Shown here: piece by piece, positions 27,683 to 40,726 of the stretch
Numbering within the stretch: the stretch's first letter is position 1
Layout of the letters: each line of letters starts with the position of its first letter
NCBI GenBank assembly: GCA_964016885.1
Contig: OZ024747.1
Span: 15,252,001 to 15,316,000, forward strand
Direction: 5' to 3'
Origin: Eledone cirrhosa
Lineage: Eukaryota
Length of the DNA: 64,000 nt
The notes under the pieces: generated by a model
What the model was told of the DNA's origin: nothing
Databases searched by the model: none
Seen by the model: the letters and a program-made list of their open reading frames with translations, nothing else
Program-made: the position numbers and the translations under genes

Positions 27683-30600
27683 ATCATCATCATCATCATC
27701 ATCACCGTTTTACGTCCGTTCTTCCACGCTAGCATGGGTTAGACGGGTTGTCCTGTTGTGGGCAGTGTCTGGTCGGCTGACCATGCCTTGCTCATACAGG
27801 AACTGATCTGGCTTGATTTCTACAGCTGGATGCCCTTCCTAACACCAACCTCATTTACAGTGAGTGCTGGGTGCTTTTTCGTGGCGCCTACACGTCCACT
27901 TTACAGTGTGGGCTGGGTGCTTTTTTTGCCGTGGCACCTCCACGACCACCTTGCGGTGGGGGGGGGGGGGGCATATTGTTTATATGCTTCAGCATGTACC
28001 CATGGGAGGTCGGGTACCCTGTATTACTGCGTGACGCCAGAAGTCACGGTCGTGTGTCATTGACTTTTAGAGGTGTAGTTGGGTAAGGTCGGCTTTTATC
28101 ACCTCATCCCAAGTCATCTTGGGTCTCCCCACTCCGCGGTTTCCATCAACTTCTAGTGCTCTGCACCTTTTTATGCAGCTGTCATCCTTCATACGCATCA
28201 CATGTCCATACCAGCGTAACCGCCTCTCCTGCACGCAGCATTTGATTCCTCTTATGCTCAGTCTCTCTCTCAATTCATTTATGCTTTGTCGTTCACGTAT
28301 ATTACTGTTACACATCCATCGGAGCATGCAGGCTTCGTTTCTCTCTAATCTACGTAAGTCTTCCACCTTCAGCGCCCAGGTCTCACTACCATGCAACATC
28401 GCTGTTCGGATACACGCATCATACAGTCTGCCTTTCATTCTGAGGGAGAAGCCTTTTGCAGCTAGCAGTGGTAGTAGTTCCCTAAACTTCTTCCATCCCG
28501 TTCTTACCCTAGTTATTGTACTTTCTGAGCACCCACCTCCGTTGCTAATTCGGTCACCTAGGTAGCAGAAGCTGTCTACTGTTTCTACAGGGCCCTCCCA
28601 GAGATTGGTGGTACTTGTTTCCTGTGGCTGTTTGCTTGCTGTTTCAGCACAGCTGCTGCATGTGAATCCTACATTCTTAATTAAGCTTCCTGAGATCCCG
28701 CTACATCTCTTGTGTACCCATTGTTTGCATTTGGGGCAAAGAATGGAGTTCCTACCTACACCTTTCCTACATACTGAGCAAGGCCATTTCCCTGAGGGGA
28801 TCTGGGTTCTGTTTTCTCGTCTACTTATAAGGACCTTAGTCTTTGTCATGTTGACTTTGAGGCCCTTTCTCTCTAGTCCCTGCTTCCAGGTTTGGAATTT
28901 ATTCTCTAGTTCTACCATAGATTCAGCTATGAGTGCGAGGTCATCAGCATACAGGAGTTCCCATGGGCATCCGGTCTTAAACTCCTCCGTTATTGCCTGC
29001 AGGACTATGATGAACAGGAGAGGGCTAAGAACAGAGCCCTGGTGGACCCCAACCTGTACGCTAAATTCCTCGCTATACTCATTGCCAATCCTAACTTTGC
29101 TGACTGCTCCCCTATACATGGCTTGTACCGCTTTCACAAGCCATTCATCTACTCCTAGTTTTCTAAGAGCCCACCAGATTACTGCACGTGGAACTCTGTC
29201 AAAGGCTTTCTCAAGGTCGACAAATGCCAAGTAGAGTGGCTTACTTTTAGCTAGGTACTTTTCCTGTAATTGCCTCACAAGGAAGAGCGCATCAGTGGTG
29301 CCTTTCCCTGGTACAAACCCAAATTGCATCTCGTCTATATTCACCCGGTCCCTAATCAGCTGTGCTATAACTCTTTCTGTTACTTTCATGACCTGGTCCA
29401 TCAACTTTATACCTCTATAGTTTCCTCTATCTAGTGCATCGCCTTTACCTTTGTAGCAGTTGACAATGATGCTACTGCACCAATCTTTTGGTATGGCCCC
29501 CTCTAGTATTACCTGGTTAACGATACGTGTGGTTATAGTGTGACCTACAGACCCAGATGCCTTCAGCATCTCGGCAGCTATACCCGATGGACCGGTTGCC
29601 TTCCCTATCTTCATATCTCTGATTGCCTTACTTACTACGCTGCCGCTGACTTGTACTGCTGGTCCCTCTATAGGGTCTACGTGGGGTAGGGTCTCTTCTT
29701 CCCATGCATTCTCCTCATTTAGTAATCTATCATAATGACTCTTCCATGCATCTTTCTTCTCAGCACTTGTGAGGGCAAGCTCACCTTTATCATTCCGGAT
29801 ACACTTCTCTCCAATGACATCACAACTATCTCTGACACACTGCCTCGCAATCTTGAATACCTCCTGTTTCTGGTCCTCACGTTGTAAAACATGCTTGAAT
29901 TTTCTATCCTCTGCTTCCCTCCTAGCTAAGTATACTTGTCGCCTAGCTTCCCTCTTGGTCTCTATGTAATGTACCCTGCTCCCCCCGTTCTTCCATTCTT
30001 TCCATGCCTGTCTCTTGGCCTTGACTGCTTCATCTACCTTATTGTTCCACCACCAAGTCACTCTCCTCCTGCTTGAGGTCTTACTCCAGCCACAAACCTC
30101 ATCCGTCGCCTCTAGTAAGTTATTTTTTAGGAACTCCCAGTTCTCTTCTACGTTAAATGTCTCTATCTGTTCTTCTTTACTGTCGTAGGCGTTGAGTAAA
30201 ATATCTTTAAATCTGTTACTGGTTGAGGGGACTTTCAGCTTCCAGATCTTTCTTCTCCAGGTTGGCCTCTGTTTCAGGGCTCGTCTAGTTCTGACCGTGA
30301 GGTCGCTGACAACTAAGCTATGTTGGGATGTACATTCCTCACTAGGGAAGGCTTTTGTGTTTACGACCGTCCATCTGTCACGTCCTCTGATGAGGATAAA
30401 ATCTAACTGACTAGAGTGCTCCCCTGATCTATAGGTGATCAGGTGGTTGTCGGGTTTTTTAAAGTTTGTGTTACATATCGACATGTCATTGGCGTCGCAG
30501 AATTCTAGAAGTCTGAATCCTTCCTCATTCCTTGTGCCAACTCCATGGCCTCCATGTACTCTATTGAAGCCGTCGCAGTGTTTACCTACGTGTCCGTTAA

Positions 30601-31280
30601 AATCTCCTGCAATGATTAGGAAGTCCTTGTCGTCTGTTAGAGCAGTAGTGTGTATTAGGGACTCGTAAAACCTATCCTTAAGTTCGTCTGGCAGCCCCGA
30701 TTGGGGTGCGTAAGCTGATATTATTGTGGTAATTGTCTTATTCAGGACTAGTCTGAGTTTAATGATTCTTGCATTTACCCTGTACACTGAGATTACTTTA
30801 TCTACCCACTTGTCAGCTAATAGTATACCTACACCACCCATCCCATCGTCATTTCCCACCCAGAAAAATTTGTAGCACTGGCTTTTTCCTACAAGGACTC
30901 TAGCAGACCCTCCTCTCCATCTAGTCTCTTGCACACAGCATACATCAACTTCCTTTCGCTCTAGCATTTCTCCGATTTCTCCTGCTCTTCCTTTCATTGA
31001 GCCTACATTGATGGTACCAACTCGGAGTTTTGGGCATTTGTCGACACTCGTAGGGGAGGGTCTCTGGGTTGGCGCTTCACGTGGGTGCTTGGTAGCTCGC
31101 AGATTCATATTTCATCTATTGATTCAGAGTTGCTCGTGTATTCCCAGCTCATCCATCCATAACGGTGGGAAAATTGAGGGCTAGAAGAACAGTGGTGGTG
31201 GGGTAATGGCAGGGTGTGTTGGGATGCGCCAGAGGAGGAGAGAGTTAGTTAGGCAGGTAGTAGCAGCAGCAGCAGTGGAA
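27683..31280 (-). mobile_element. Apparently full-length RTE-clade LINE
   Basis: Single intact ORF, ~170-bp 5' leader, ~360-bp 3'UTR with ggatgcccttcctaac motif and (TGA)n tail. Flanked by TA-rich microsatellite. Confidence 0.92.
28067..31108 (-). CDS. RTE LINE polyprotein: APE endonuclease + reverse transcriptase with inserted PHD finger (1013 aa)
   Basis: GTINV, VQETRW, SAYAPQ, GDFNGH, LDFIL (APE); NYRGIKL, QFGF, FVDLEKAFD, HQGSVLSP, YADD, YLG (RT); C4HC3 PHD at ~28648-28786; RLRWYGH C-terminus. No stops. Confidence 0.97.
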   Translation of the reverse strand: MNLRATKHPREAPTQRPSPTSVDKCPKLRVGTINVGSMKGRAGEIGEMLERKEVDVCCVQETRWRGGSARVLVGKSQCYKFFWVGNDDGMGGVGILLADKWVDKVISVYRVNARIIKLRLVLNKTITTIISAYAPQSGLPDELKDRFYESLIHTTALTDDKDFLIIAGDFNGHVGKHCDGFNRVHGGHGVGTRNEEGFRLLEFCDANDMSICNTNFKKPDNHLITYRSGEHSSQLDFILIRGRDRWTVVNTKAFPSEECTSQHSLVVSDLTVRTRRALKQRPTWRRKIWKLKVPSTSNRFKDILLNAYDSKEEQIETFNVEENWEFLKNNLLEATDEVCGWSKTSSRRRVTWWWNNKVDEAVKAKRQAWKEWKNGGSRVHYIETKREARRQVYLARREAEDRKFKHVLQREDQKQEVFKIARQCVRDSCDVIGEKCIRNDKGELALTSAEKKDAWKSHYDRLLNEENAWEEETLPHVDPIEGPAVQVSGSVVSKAIRDMKIGKATGPSGIAAEMLKASGSVGHTITTRIVNQVILEGAIPKDWCSSIIVNCYKGKGDALDRGNYRGIKLMDQVMKVTERVIAQLIRDRVNIDEMQFGFVPGKGTTDALFLVRQLQEKYLAKSKPLYLAFVDLEKAFDRVPRAVIWWALRKLGVDEWLVKAVQAMYRGAVSKVRIGNEYSEEFSVQVGVHQGSVLSPLLFIIVLQAITEEFKTGCPWELLYADDLALIAESMVELENKFQTWKQGLERKGLKVNMTKTKVLISRRENRTQIPSGKWPCSVCRKGVGRNSILCPKCKQWVHKRCSGISGSLIKNVGFTCSSCAETASKQPQETSTTNLWEGPVETVDSFCYLGDRISNGGGCSESTITRVRTGWKKFRELLPLLAAKGFSLRMKGRLYDACIRTAMLHGSETWALKVEDLRRLERNEACMLRWMCNSNIRERQSINELRERLSIRGIKCCVQERRLRWYGHVMRMKDDSCIKRCRALEVDGNRGVGRPKMTWDEVIKADLTQLHL

Positions 31281-31284
31281 TATG

Positions 31285-31333
<49 letters not shown>

Positions 31334-31520
31334 GTATATATATATATGTATATGTATATATATATATGTATATATATATGTATATATATATATGTATATA
31401 TATATATGTATATATACATACATATATATACATATATATATATACATATATATATATACATATATATATATATACATATATATATATACATATACATATA
31501 TATATACATATATATATACA

Positions 31521-31561
<41 letters not shown>

Positions 31562-31628
31562 CATATATATATATACATATATATATATACATATATATAC
31601 ATACATATATATACATATATATACATAC

Positions 31629-31705
<77 letters not shown>

Positions 31706-31754
31706 TATATATACATATATATATACATATATATATATACATATATATATATAC

Positions 31755-31845
<91 letters not shown>

Positions 31846-31847
<2 letters not shown>

Positions 31848-32033
31848 GGAACGAGTAGGACCCCGACGGCTGAGCTCAAGCCGTTTCGACGGCTAAAGTC
31901 CAGAATTAGACGTCGAAACGGTTTGAGCTCAGCCGTCGGGGTCCTACTCGTTCCTATTACCCACTCTACTACCCTAAGTATTGAGTAATTTGGTGCGTTA
32001 TGGTCCACCTGGTTCCTTACCACATTTCCTTCG

Positions 32034-32034
<1 letters not shown>
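31846..32034 (+). mobile_element. PLE family A mini fold-back element
   Basis: Same ends as the 6272 copy but a different turnaround (gacggcta-aagtccagaat-tagacgtc). (TA)n-flanked. Confidence 0.88.
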
Positions 32035-32104
<70 letters not shown>

Positions 32105-32185
32105 CATATATATGTTCAGAAGAAATTGTTTTGGTAAAAAAAAGAGCAAGCAGGAGAAAGCTCTCAACAATCGTACTTTTTAGTT

Positions 32186-32226
<41 letters not shown>

Positions 32227-32241
32227 TATATTTATATATAT

Positions 32242-32344
<103 letters not shown>

Positions 32345-32669
32345 TATATATATGTTTATATATATGTTTACCAGAGCTCGAAATATATTATTTCCAATAA
32401 GAGTATCTGCAATCGGTATAAAACCATTCGGTAATACGAGTATTGTTGATATTTTCGCTCTGCTTATCAAGATATGATATTTATCTATGTATGTATTATA
32501 TATATATACTGCTTACTGGTTTTCACAGTCCTTGCTAAATGGATACAAAAGTATGATGACTGCTAGAAAATGTATTTTTTTATAAATTCAAATACTTTTA
32601 ATTATGACATCTCACATAAACTATATTTTTCTTATTTGCTGCTATGAGATGTGCCTGGACATTCAGTTG

Positions 32670-33110
32670 GATGCTTCAGCAGTAATCCACTATGCAGTGA
32701 ATATCCCATCATCTACAGTACCGTTTTTGTTTGGTATTCAGCATTTGGTGAAATCACTCAACCTGTTCCTTGCTTAGATCAACGATGTTTTTTTTTTATA
32801 AATGTTCCAAATAATTGTGGACGAAGAGCAAATTGTTGTTTATTTTACAACTAAATTTACAAACACAAGATGACATATTCTCAACGAGTTCACAGAGCCT
32901 TATAATTTCCAAATAAATCCTTTACACAATGACCATGTTTATGCCTCATTGTTGTCACTTAAAGCTTGGAGACTTTGGTCTTTCAGGTGTTCCCGAATTT
33001 GCAGTCCATCAACATTATCAATATTTAGCTTTTCCATGGTCAGTGCATGAAAGTTTCTAGATGTGTAGTAAAAATTCATCCCATTGGTTCATGAAACTTA
33101 GTTTAACGTC
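32670..33110 (-). pseudogene. Decayed Chapaev3-like (CMC) DNA transposase C-terminal fragment
   Basis: Minus translation EKL..DGLQIR..LKD ... FVHNYLE..LSKEQVE*FHQ..KRYCR*WD..VDYC* resembles the GPQIR / SDEQGERFHQ / RYQGRW / ADYCW signature. Confidence 0.65.
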
Positions 33111-34329
33111 AAGTTGAAATATGTTCATTGGTGATATATTCACCAACCCCCAAAATAAGCTCTTTTCCCCAAAACTCTAATATTTTTTTATCAAGTATAT
33201 TTTTAATCTCCGTTCCGATAGCCCCCTAAATACTCGTTAGACTTATAATAAATGCGCTGCCTGCATTGGAAACTATATAATCTATCTTACGTATGTAGAG
33301 TTGAAACATTTATTATTATAATACATTAAACGGGTGACTCGATAATTTCTTATATTCGTTATACTGTATTTCTACGGATGGCAGTAGGTGTCAAAAAACA
33401 GTAGTAATTCTTTGTTTAAATTATGTTCTCATATTTTCTGAATTCTAAACGCGGTGAGATCGACTCATTTCTTCTTTCGGTGTTGACAAAATTACTTAGC
33501 AGATAGACGGGCCGATTTAATCAATCTATATAATTGATTGTGCATGTATATTTTCGATAATAATACCAAATACTGTCGCCGGTAAAGCGTCGTATTAATG
33601 GCCAGAACTCTTAACAGCAGACCCCATTTAGCACTTGTTTGTATTTTTGCCATATATCAGTACACTTCATGTATATTCGTGGTCAATTCCTTATTTGGCG
33701 TGTTTATCTCGACATAGTGGATATCAGTGTGCAACCTGTATTATTTCTCCTATATTGACTTTAAAAACCTGTGGTATCGTATGACACAATATTTTAAAAT
33801 TCAGTGGTCACCAACCTAGAGAAATAAACAATGTCATTGGAAATTAAACAAATAAATATATTTAGCAACATTTTCAAGTCACCAGTCAATTCACCCAGTC
33901 AATAAACCTTGCAATCACATAACTAATCAATATAAGAGTTCTGAGAAACAATAGAAAAAAACAATATTAATAGAGAAAATAGAAATAGATATATACATCT
34001 AAATATAAAGTAATAAAACGTATTGTATACGCGAGATACAGTCAATTCTTTGATTTGTCAGTACAAATATAAATTCTTACATACAACAAAAGGGTATTGA
34101 CAGGCATGTTCTCACACACAAACACATACACACATACACACACACATACACACACACATGCACACACACACATGCACACACACACACATATATATATAAA
34201 CATGCAAGTACGTATATATATATATATAAGTATAAAGAAAGTGCTCAGTCGCAAAATAGCTATAAAGGTAGCTTATAAAATAAGGTGAACGCCAATAAAG
34301 GACGGTAAAGGAAGTTGCCATCGGCAAGT

Positions 34330-34950
34330 TAAGAGCAAAGTCTCATATGGGTCTCGATTGACCTTGGAATTTAGCCCTAGAATGTGTCTCTTTGAAGTAC
34401 AGGCCGGGTAATGTACTTTTGTGGATGACCAACTTTTGAACACCTGTCTCTCTTCTCCACGTCAACGAAAGGGAAAGACCCATACAGCTTGGTCCCAGTG
34501 TTATCTCAACTCATTTCCCGTGCTCAAGGAACTGTGTGTTCTCAAGGAGAGAACGCACTATCCTAATATATATCTTAATTAATTACCAACGCGAGCGCGA
34601 ATTATATCCAAACAAGTATACTTGGTGGCCATGTCTTGCATTATCATAGATTTGTTACTCAAAAGACCCAAATATTTGCCGAAGATAAGTTCTGTGTGTT
34701 TCCTTTGTCTCTATTTGAAGCTGTATAATGGATCCATTATGTACTTCCCCATGATAAGACCCAATGATGTTGCCTAGCGTGTGAATGTGTTCGTTCTACG
34801 ACCCCTCACATATAAATGTTCAAAGGCCTTCTTCATGCGAGTAAGGATGATATGATGGTATTCCTCGCCAATTGTTGCAATCATTTAAAACTCCTTTCTT
34901 TGGTAATGTTACTACCAACTGATCATTCCACGGCTTGATGACTTCTTTGT
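34330..34950 (-). pseudogene. Decayed RTE-like RT fragment
   Basis: W..LVVTLPKKGVLNDCNNWRGI (RT domain 1 of RTE elements). Downstream part is disrupted; boundaries approximate. Confidence 0.6.
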
Positions 34951-35100
34951 GACAAACTAAATTTTTTAAATGTCTTAACCATTCTGCAATTCTGATTAAG
35001 TAATTTTGCAATTATATTGACTGGTATTGTTGTCTTGTTGTTACAGAGGCACATACACAGACAGAGACACGCCAACACACACATACACGCACTCACACGT

Positions 35101-35137
<37 letters not shown>

Positions 35138-35189
35138 CAGTATATATATATATACATGGATGTGTGAATGTGTTATGTAGGTAGGTATT

Positions 35190-35270
35190 TGCGTTCAAAT
35201 CTCACCGAAGTCAAACCTGCCTTTCATCCTTTCGAGGTCGCAAATAAATTACCAGTCGTGTACTAGAGTC
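35190..35270 (+). mobile_element. tRNA-derived SINE fragment (Meta-domain-like core)
   Basis: gttcaaatc B-box then gcctttcatcctttcgaggtcg..aaattaccag. Confidence 0.75.
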
Positions 35271-35336
35271 AAACCTTTCTATTTCTTTCTCCCTCCCCAT
35301 TTCTCTTATTCACGCGCGGAACCTCCCCCCCCCCCC

Positions 35337-35367
<31 letters not shown>

Positions 35368-37329
35368 AGCATATATATTTATATAAGCAGATAGAGAGAC
35401 ACACTCTATAATGCTCACGTATGCATTTCTATCATCATACCTATATTTTTCTACAATCTTACATGAACTCTTCTTATACATAATAACACATGAAAACTTA
35501 ACAAATAAACACTGTATAGCAAATACAATAGCAAGGTCTGTCTGTAATAATGATAGAGAAGTGCATATGGAACATAATAATTCAGTGAATGTAATATAGA
35601 CAATTACAGATAATGCTACATATAAGGAGACAGGCAGAGTGTAGCACACATATACTCAGACTCACATAAGATCGCTCTTTCACATCCCGCCAAAAAATAA
35701 CAAAACAGAAAATGAATACAAAAATAATTAATAACATATACGTATATCCTACTAAAAAATATAAAAACAAATTCAAAACATCTCCCTTTCACCCTGCTCG
35801 AAAAACACACATAGAATTAACAATAACTAAACAAGACAAAACGGAACAGGATTAAAAGAATAAATAACTATACATGCACAAATAGGATAGAAAACGATAC
35901 AAAACGTATTCTTTTCAACAATAAGTCTATTGTGATGGGAATAAAAGAGTTGAGAACACTTTAGGCGGACAAAACAATGGCTGACAAACACAGTAATCGG
36001 ATAACAAAACGCACAAGTAATTTTCATATAAAAGGATGAAGAGTTTATTTCTGTTTTTTTTTCTCTTTCTTTTAATCTCGAATTGAACCACGTGAAAATA
36101 TTTGTTTGTTTCTTTTGTTAATCGTTTTACTTCTATTTTTACATTTATCTATTTTATATAATTTTGTATTTTCATTTCAGCAGCAATTAAGTCCTTAGTT
36201 TTTATCCTTTTTTATATTCCTTTATGTTTTGTTGGTGTTTTTTTCTTCCTTTCTCCCCTATTATTCCCGTTTATTTTATCCGGATTGTCAGATATACTTA
36301 ATAGAGTGAAAACGAAATAAATTGTTAGTAACAATAAGCTTTTATTCTATATTCTCTTTCACTCTCTTATCCTTTCTCTCGATCTATCTATCTCTCTGTC
36401 TATCTATCCATCTATCTCTCTAACTATATATCATCTATCTATCTCTTTATCTCTGTCTTAGCCTCTCCTTCTATATGTTATTATTTATTTTTCTGTATAT
36501 GTATACAGCATTAAAATTACTGGTTATGTGATAGAGGTGATGATAAAGACAATGAAATAACGAAAGAACTCGAATAAAAATATGAAAGAAATTATAAAAA
36601 AGAACACACAACAAAAATAGATGGAGAAAAAATAAATGGAGTAATATGCAGTAGACATAAATTGCAGCAGACAAATAACTAACAATAGATTGACAATAGG
36701 AACAAACTAGTTATATAATAAAAATTAGACATGGATTTATCAATAAACATTAAAGCACACATGAATTTGACGATATAAAAGCCAGGCGTAAAATGGAAGC
36801 TAAAGTCTAGAACATTTAAAAATATAACTTCACAAATAATGCGATTATATGTACATGAAAGCAATCTTTTGAAATTTGATCAAATGGCTGGCTTTCATAA
36901 GATATTAATCATTCACAATAATCAATTAAAATTGCATGTTTGTTATTGTCACGTACATTTTTGTCAATGGAATGCAAAGATACATGTAGGAATTCGTTTA
37001 TAATTGCAATAAACATCTCCGGATGTAACACTACTTGATAGCAATAATAGATAAGTGTGTAAAAAACAGAAAAGAAAAATATAATTATACATAACAATAA
37101 ATAAATACACTTTACTATAACTGTGGTAAAATCCGCTGACGAATTAAACTGAATTTGGCGTGTTATCACGTGGTTTATATGGTGTAACGAGGGAGAATTT
37201 TAAAACCTAGCGGAGAACACTCTTTTCCAGGTCAGATGATAGCCATTTCTTTTCAGAGAAAGCAAGATAGTGGGAGCGATAGATAAAGTGTTTGGAAACA
37301 GAGAGAGAAAGAGAGGTAAGGCAGAAGAA

Positions 37330-37445
37330 TCGACCCTACAATTTGATCTGTACTATATTTATCGACCTTGAAAGGTTGAAAGGAAACGTTGATCTCAATA
37401 GAATTTCCACACAGATCGCAATGTGCCGAACGAAATACCGGGTAA
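37330..37445 (-). mobile_element. Diverged SINE fragment (same superfamily)
   Basis: tttatcgaccttgaaaggttgaaaggaaa core on plus strand. Confidence 0.6.
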
Positions 37446-37782
37446 TTTCGCACAGAGATTTTGTACATTAAGAAAAAAGCATATTGAAGAAAAAAAAAAG
37501 GGAAGGAAAATGAGAAACCTTTAAAATCATTATTGGATAAATTGCAAAAAAACATATGATATCCTGACTATATCTAAAGTGTTATCTTTTGAGTACGCAC
37601 AGTAACAAAATAAAATAGGGATTTTATAAAAAACACGTTTCCAATCCTACTCCCCAGGTAAATTCGAAACCGTGTGATTGAAATCAAATACCAACAACCA
37701 AGGAATCGGAATCAGCTTAAGGGGATAAATCGGTTAACCAAATTGGCGTCAACTGAAGGCAATGAAAAATAATGCTTTCTTA

Positions 37783-38340
37783 TATAGGCACAAAGCCAGC
37801 AATTTTGGGGTAGGGGAAAGTCGATTGAATCGACTCCAGTACGTTACTGGTGGTTTATTTTATCGACACCGTAATGATGAAAGGCAAAGTTAACCTTGGT
37901 CGAATTTGAACTCAGACCATAAAGGGCGTAACTCCATGCTGCAAGGCATGGTCTCCGACACTCTTCCGATACTGCCAATCCACCGCCCTCCGGCAGTGAA
38001 AAATAATGATTTCTTACATAAGCACAAGACCAGTAATGTGGGGGAGACAAAGTCGATTAAATCGACCCCAATACGTTACTGGTGCTTTATTTTATCGACC
38101 CCGTAAGGATGAAACGCAAAGTTAACCTCGGCGGGATTTGACCTCAGACCGTAAAGGGCCGTAACTCTATGCTGCAAAGCCTGGCTTCCGACCCTCTACC
38201 GATACTGTCAATGAAAAGCAAATAATGAAAAACAAAGTGGACATCGACGTTGTTTGAACACAGAATAGTAAAGGGCCGTAACTCTATGCTGCGAGGCATG
38301 GTCTCCGACTCTATCAATACTGCCAAACCACCGCCCTCTG
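37783..38340 (-). mobile_element. Head-to-tail array of about 3 tRNA-derived SINEs (Meta-domain-like)
   Basis: Units ~37783-37990, 38017-38210 and 38225-38340. Minus-strand A-box tggcagtatcgg, B-box gagttcaaattc, core gcctttcatc..gtcgataaaataaa..accag. Confidence 0.85.
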
Positions 38341-38879
38341 GCAATCAAATATAATTGTTTCTTTATTAATAATGAAAACAGAAAAAAATGTAAATAGCGT
38401 TATAAACAAAACGTTCTATTTTCTCTCAATATAAATGGAATTGGATATTAGAAGAATGTATTCATCTTACTCTGAAGTCTCAGTAGCTGAGTTAGCTGTC
38501 TTAACTTGCTTTTACGTAGAATTATAAGTATCACTGACAGTGAGGGCACATACGATGCTGGGTCACACCAACAATAAACGGAATAGATTGACACGATTTC
38601 ATTACATTCGGCTTATGATACAGGAGTAACATAGGAGAAAAATTTCCAGAAAAAAAAAAACAAACACTATAGGGTAGATAATAAAAAAATTAACATGTTA
38701 ATATCCTTTCCCTATATGTCTCTTAGCGATTAAATCGAAGCTTCCGCCTGTGTGCTGTCATAGATAGTTACATACACGCGCAGGAACACTACCCACACAC
38801 ATATGCCCCACCACACAGGCACCGCACATATACTTTATGTATGTGAGTGCATGTGTGTAGTGTGTATATATATATATAT

Positions 38880-38915
<36 letters not shown>

Positions 38916-39272
38916 CGTGCGTGTGTGTGTGTGAGCGCGCGTGTGTGTGTGTGTATACATGTATGTACATATGTATACATGTACATACAGACACATAGAC
39001 ACGTATAAACCAGAAATGTGTCTCCATAATTTATTCATGTAATTCCATGCAGGTATGTATATACGGATTTTTGTACTGTGTGTGTGTGCGACTATTCGTA
39101 CCCTGTCGATACTGGTATCAGAAATACATGCTCTATGTAACTAAAGTGGTTTGACTAATCGAGACTCATACAATAGCCCAACACATATACACACACATAC
39201 ACACACACACACAAACACACACAAATTTATATACGTATATATATATATATATGTATATAAATATATAAGTTA

Positions 39273-39510
39273 TTCCGGGTTCAATCGGAGGTAACCACAG
39301 TAAATAAGGTACTCAATAGATAGCAGAGTATAACAGTTTTAATATAGATGAGATTCTACAGGACTAGAACTGTTTCATTCTTTAGAAATCATCAGGAATC
39401 TGACTGTCCAAAATAAATACCACAACATTTATTTTGGACAGCCAGAATCTTGATGATTTCTAAAGAATGAAACAGTTCTAGTCCTGTAGAATCTCATCTA
39501 TATTAAAACT
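39273..39510 (-). mobile_element. PLE family D fold-back element
   Basis: 39335-39418 is the inverse of 39427-39510. Tail 39273-39334 on the left only. TA-flanked. Confidence 0.85.
39351..39401 (-). ncRNA. Type I hammerhead ribozyme (family D; mutated mirror copy at 39444-39494 plus)
   Basis: agattc-CTGATGA-t ttc taaa gaa t-GAAA-cag ttctagtc ctg-TA|gaatct; 6-bp stem I, 4-bp stem III. Confidence 0.8.
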
Positions 39511-39982
39511 ATATATATATATAGAGAGAGAGATAAATCTACCAACATATTCGGTAGTGTCCAATCCGTGTGAAGAACTCAATGTAATCCAAATATCATG
39601 AAAAGAGAAGATTCATTCAAAATTTTTTGATAAAAATCATTGGAAAACAGAGTCAAGATAAATTAATAAAAACAATGAAATAAAAACAAAGAACATGTTC
39701 CTTATATTAAAAAATTCAGCATTTTACGATCGTTTCTGGGATGTATATGTATGTTAGTATGCACATCATATAGATCTATGTAAAAATATTACAAATTATC
39801 AGAGGAAATATACATACCTTCACATATACATGCCGTCTTCAGAAATGATGGATTCGTTTATTGAAAAAAAAAAAAAATGATTTAATATAAAGGTCTGTTT
39901 GGGAACAGGTTTTGAATTGACCAATAGAAAAGTAGTTAGAGGTCAAGTTGATAGAATAGCAGTAGTAGAAATTTAGATGTCA

Positions 39983-40106
39983 ATCCCGGGTTCAATCGGA
40001 GATAACTACAGTAATAAGGTACTCAATACATAATAGCAGAGTATAAATATTTAATATAGAAATGGCTTCTACAGGACTAGAATTGTTTCATTCGGAGGAA
40101 ATCATC

Positions 40107-40107
<1 letters not shown>
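39983..40107 (-). mobile_element. PLE family D single arm + tail, truncated at the ribozyme core
   Basis: Homologous to 39273-39395; ends at tcatca|(ta)n. Confidence 0.8.
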
Positions 40108-40135
<28 letters not shown>

Positions 40136-40137
<2 letters not shown>

Positions 40138-40322
40138 GGAACGAGTAGGACCCCGACGGCTGAGCTCAAGCCGTTTCGACGGCTAATTCTGGAATTAGCC
40201 GTCGAAACGGCTTGAGCTCAGCCGTCGGGGTCCTACTCGTTCCTATTACCCACTCTACTACACTAAGTATTGAGTACTTTGGTGCGTTATGGTCCACCTG
40301 GTTCCTTATCACATTTCCTTCG

Positions 40323-40323
<1 letters not shown>
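40136..40323 (+). mobile_element. PLE family A mini fold-back element
   Basis: Perfect hairpin centred on ctaattc-tg-gaattag + tail. Confidence 0.9.
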
Positions 40324-40363
<40 letters not shown>

Positions 40364-40367
<4 letters not shown>

Positions 40368-40550
40368 AACGAGTAGGACCCCGACGGCTGAGCTCAAGCC
40401 GTTTCGACGGCTAATTCTGGAATTAGCCGTCGAAACGGCTTGAGCTCAGCCGTCGGGGTCCTACTCGTTCCTATTACCCACTCTACTACACTAAGTATTG
40501 AGTACTTTGGTGCGTTATGGTCCACCTGGTTCCTTACCACATTTCCTTCG

Positions 40551-40551
<1 letters not shown>
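40364..40551 (+). mobile_element. PLE family A mini fold-back element (tandem twin of 40136-40323)
   Basis: One mismatch seen versus the neighbour; same turnaround point. Confidence 0.9.
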
Positions 40552-40604
<53 letters not shown>

Positions 40605-40726
40605 TCTGCGGTACTGAGACCGGCGAGACCACTAGTCATGTGGGTACTTGCCACGGTCGGGATTTTACACATCTCTCCCTTTCCTTCTCTCTCTCTCTCT
40701 CTCTCTCTCTCTATGCATATATATAT

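Noticed and set aside
28119-30668. Plus-strand ORFs of 66-209 aa within the RTE
   Set aside because: Antisense shadows of the RTE ORF with no motifs.
40136-40551. CRISPR-like repeat-spacer pattern or prokaryotic terminators
   Set aside because: Eukaryotic context, 188-bp units with only a TA tract between them, no cas genes; the hairpins are explained as pLTR fold-backs.
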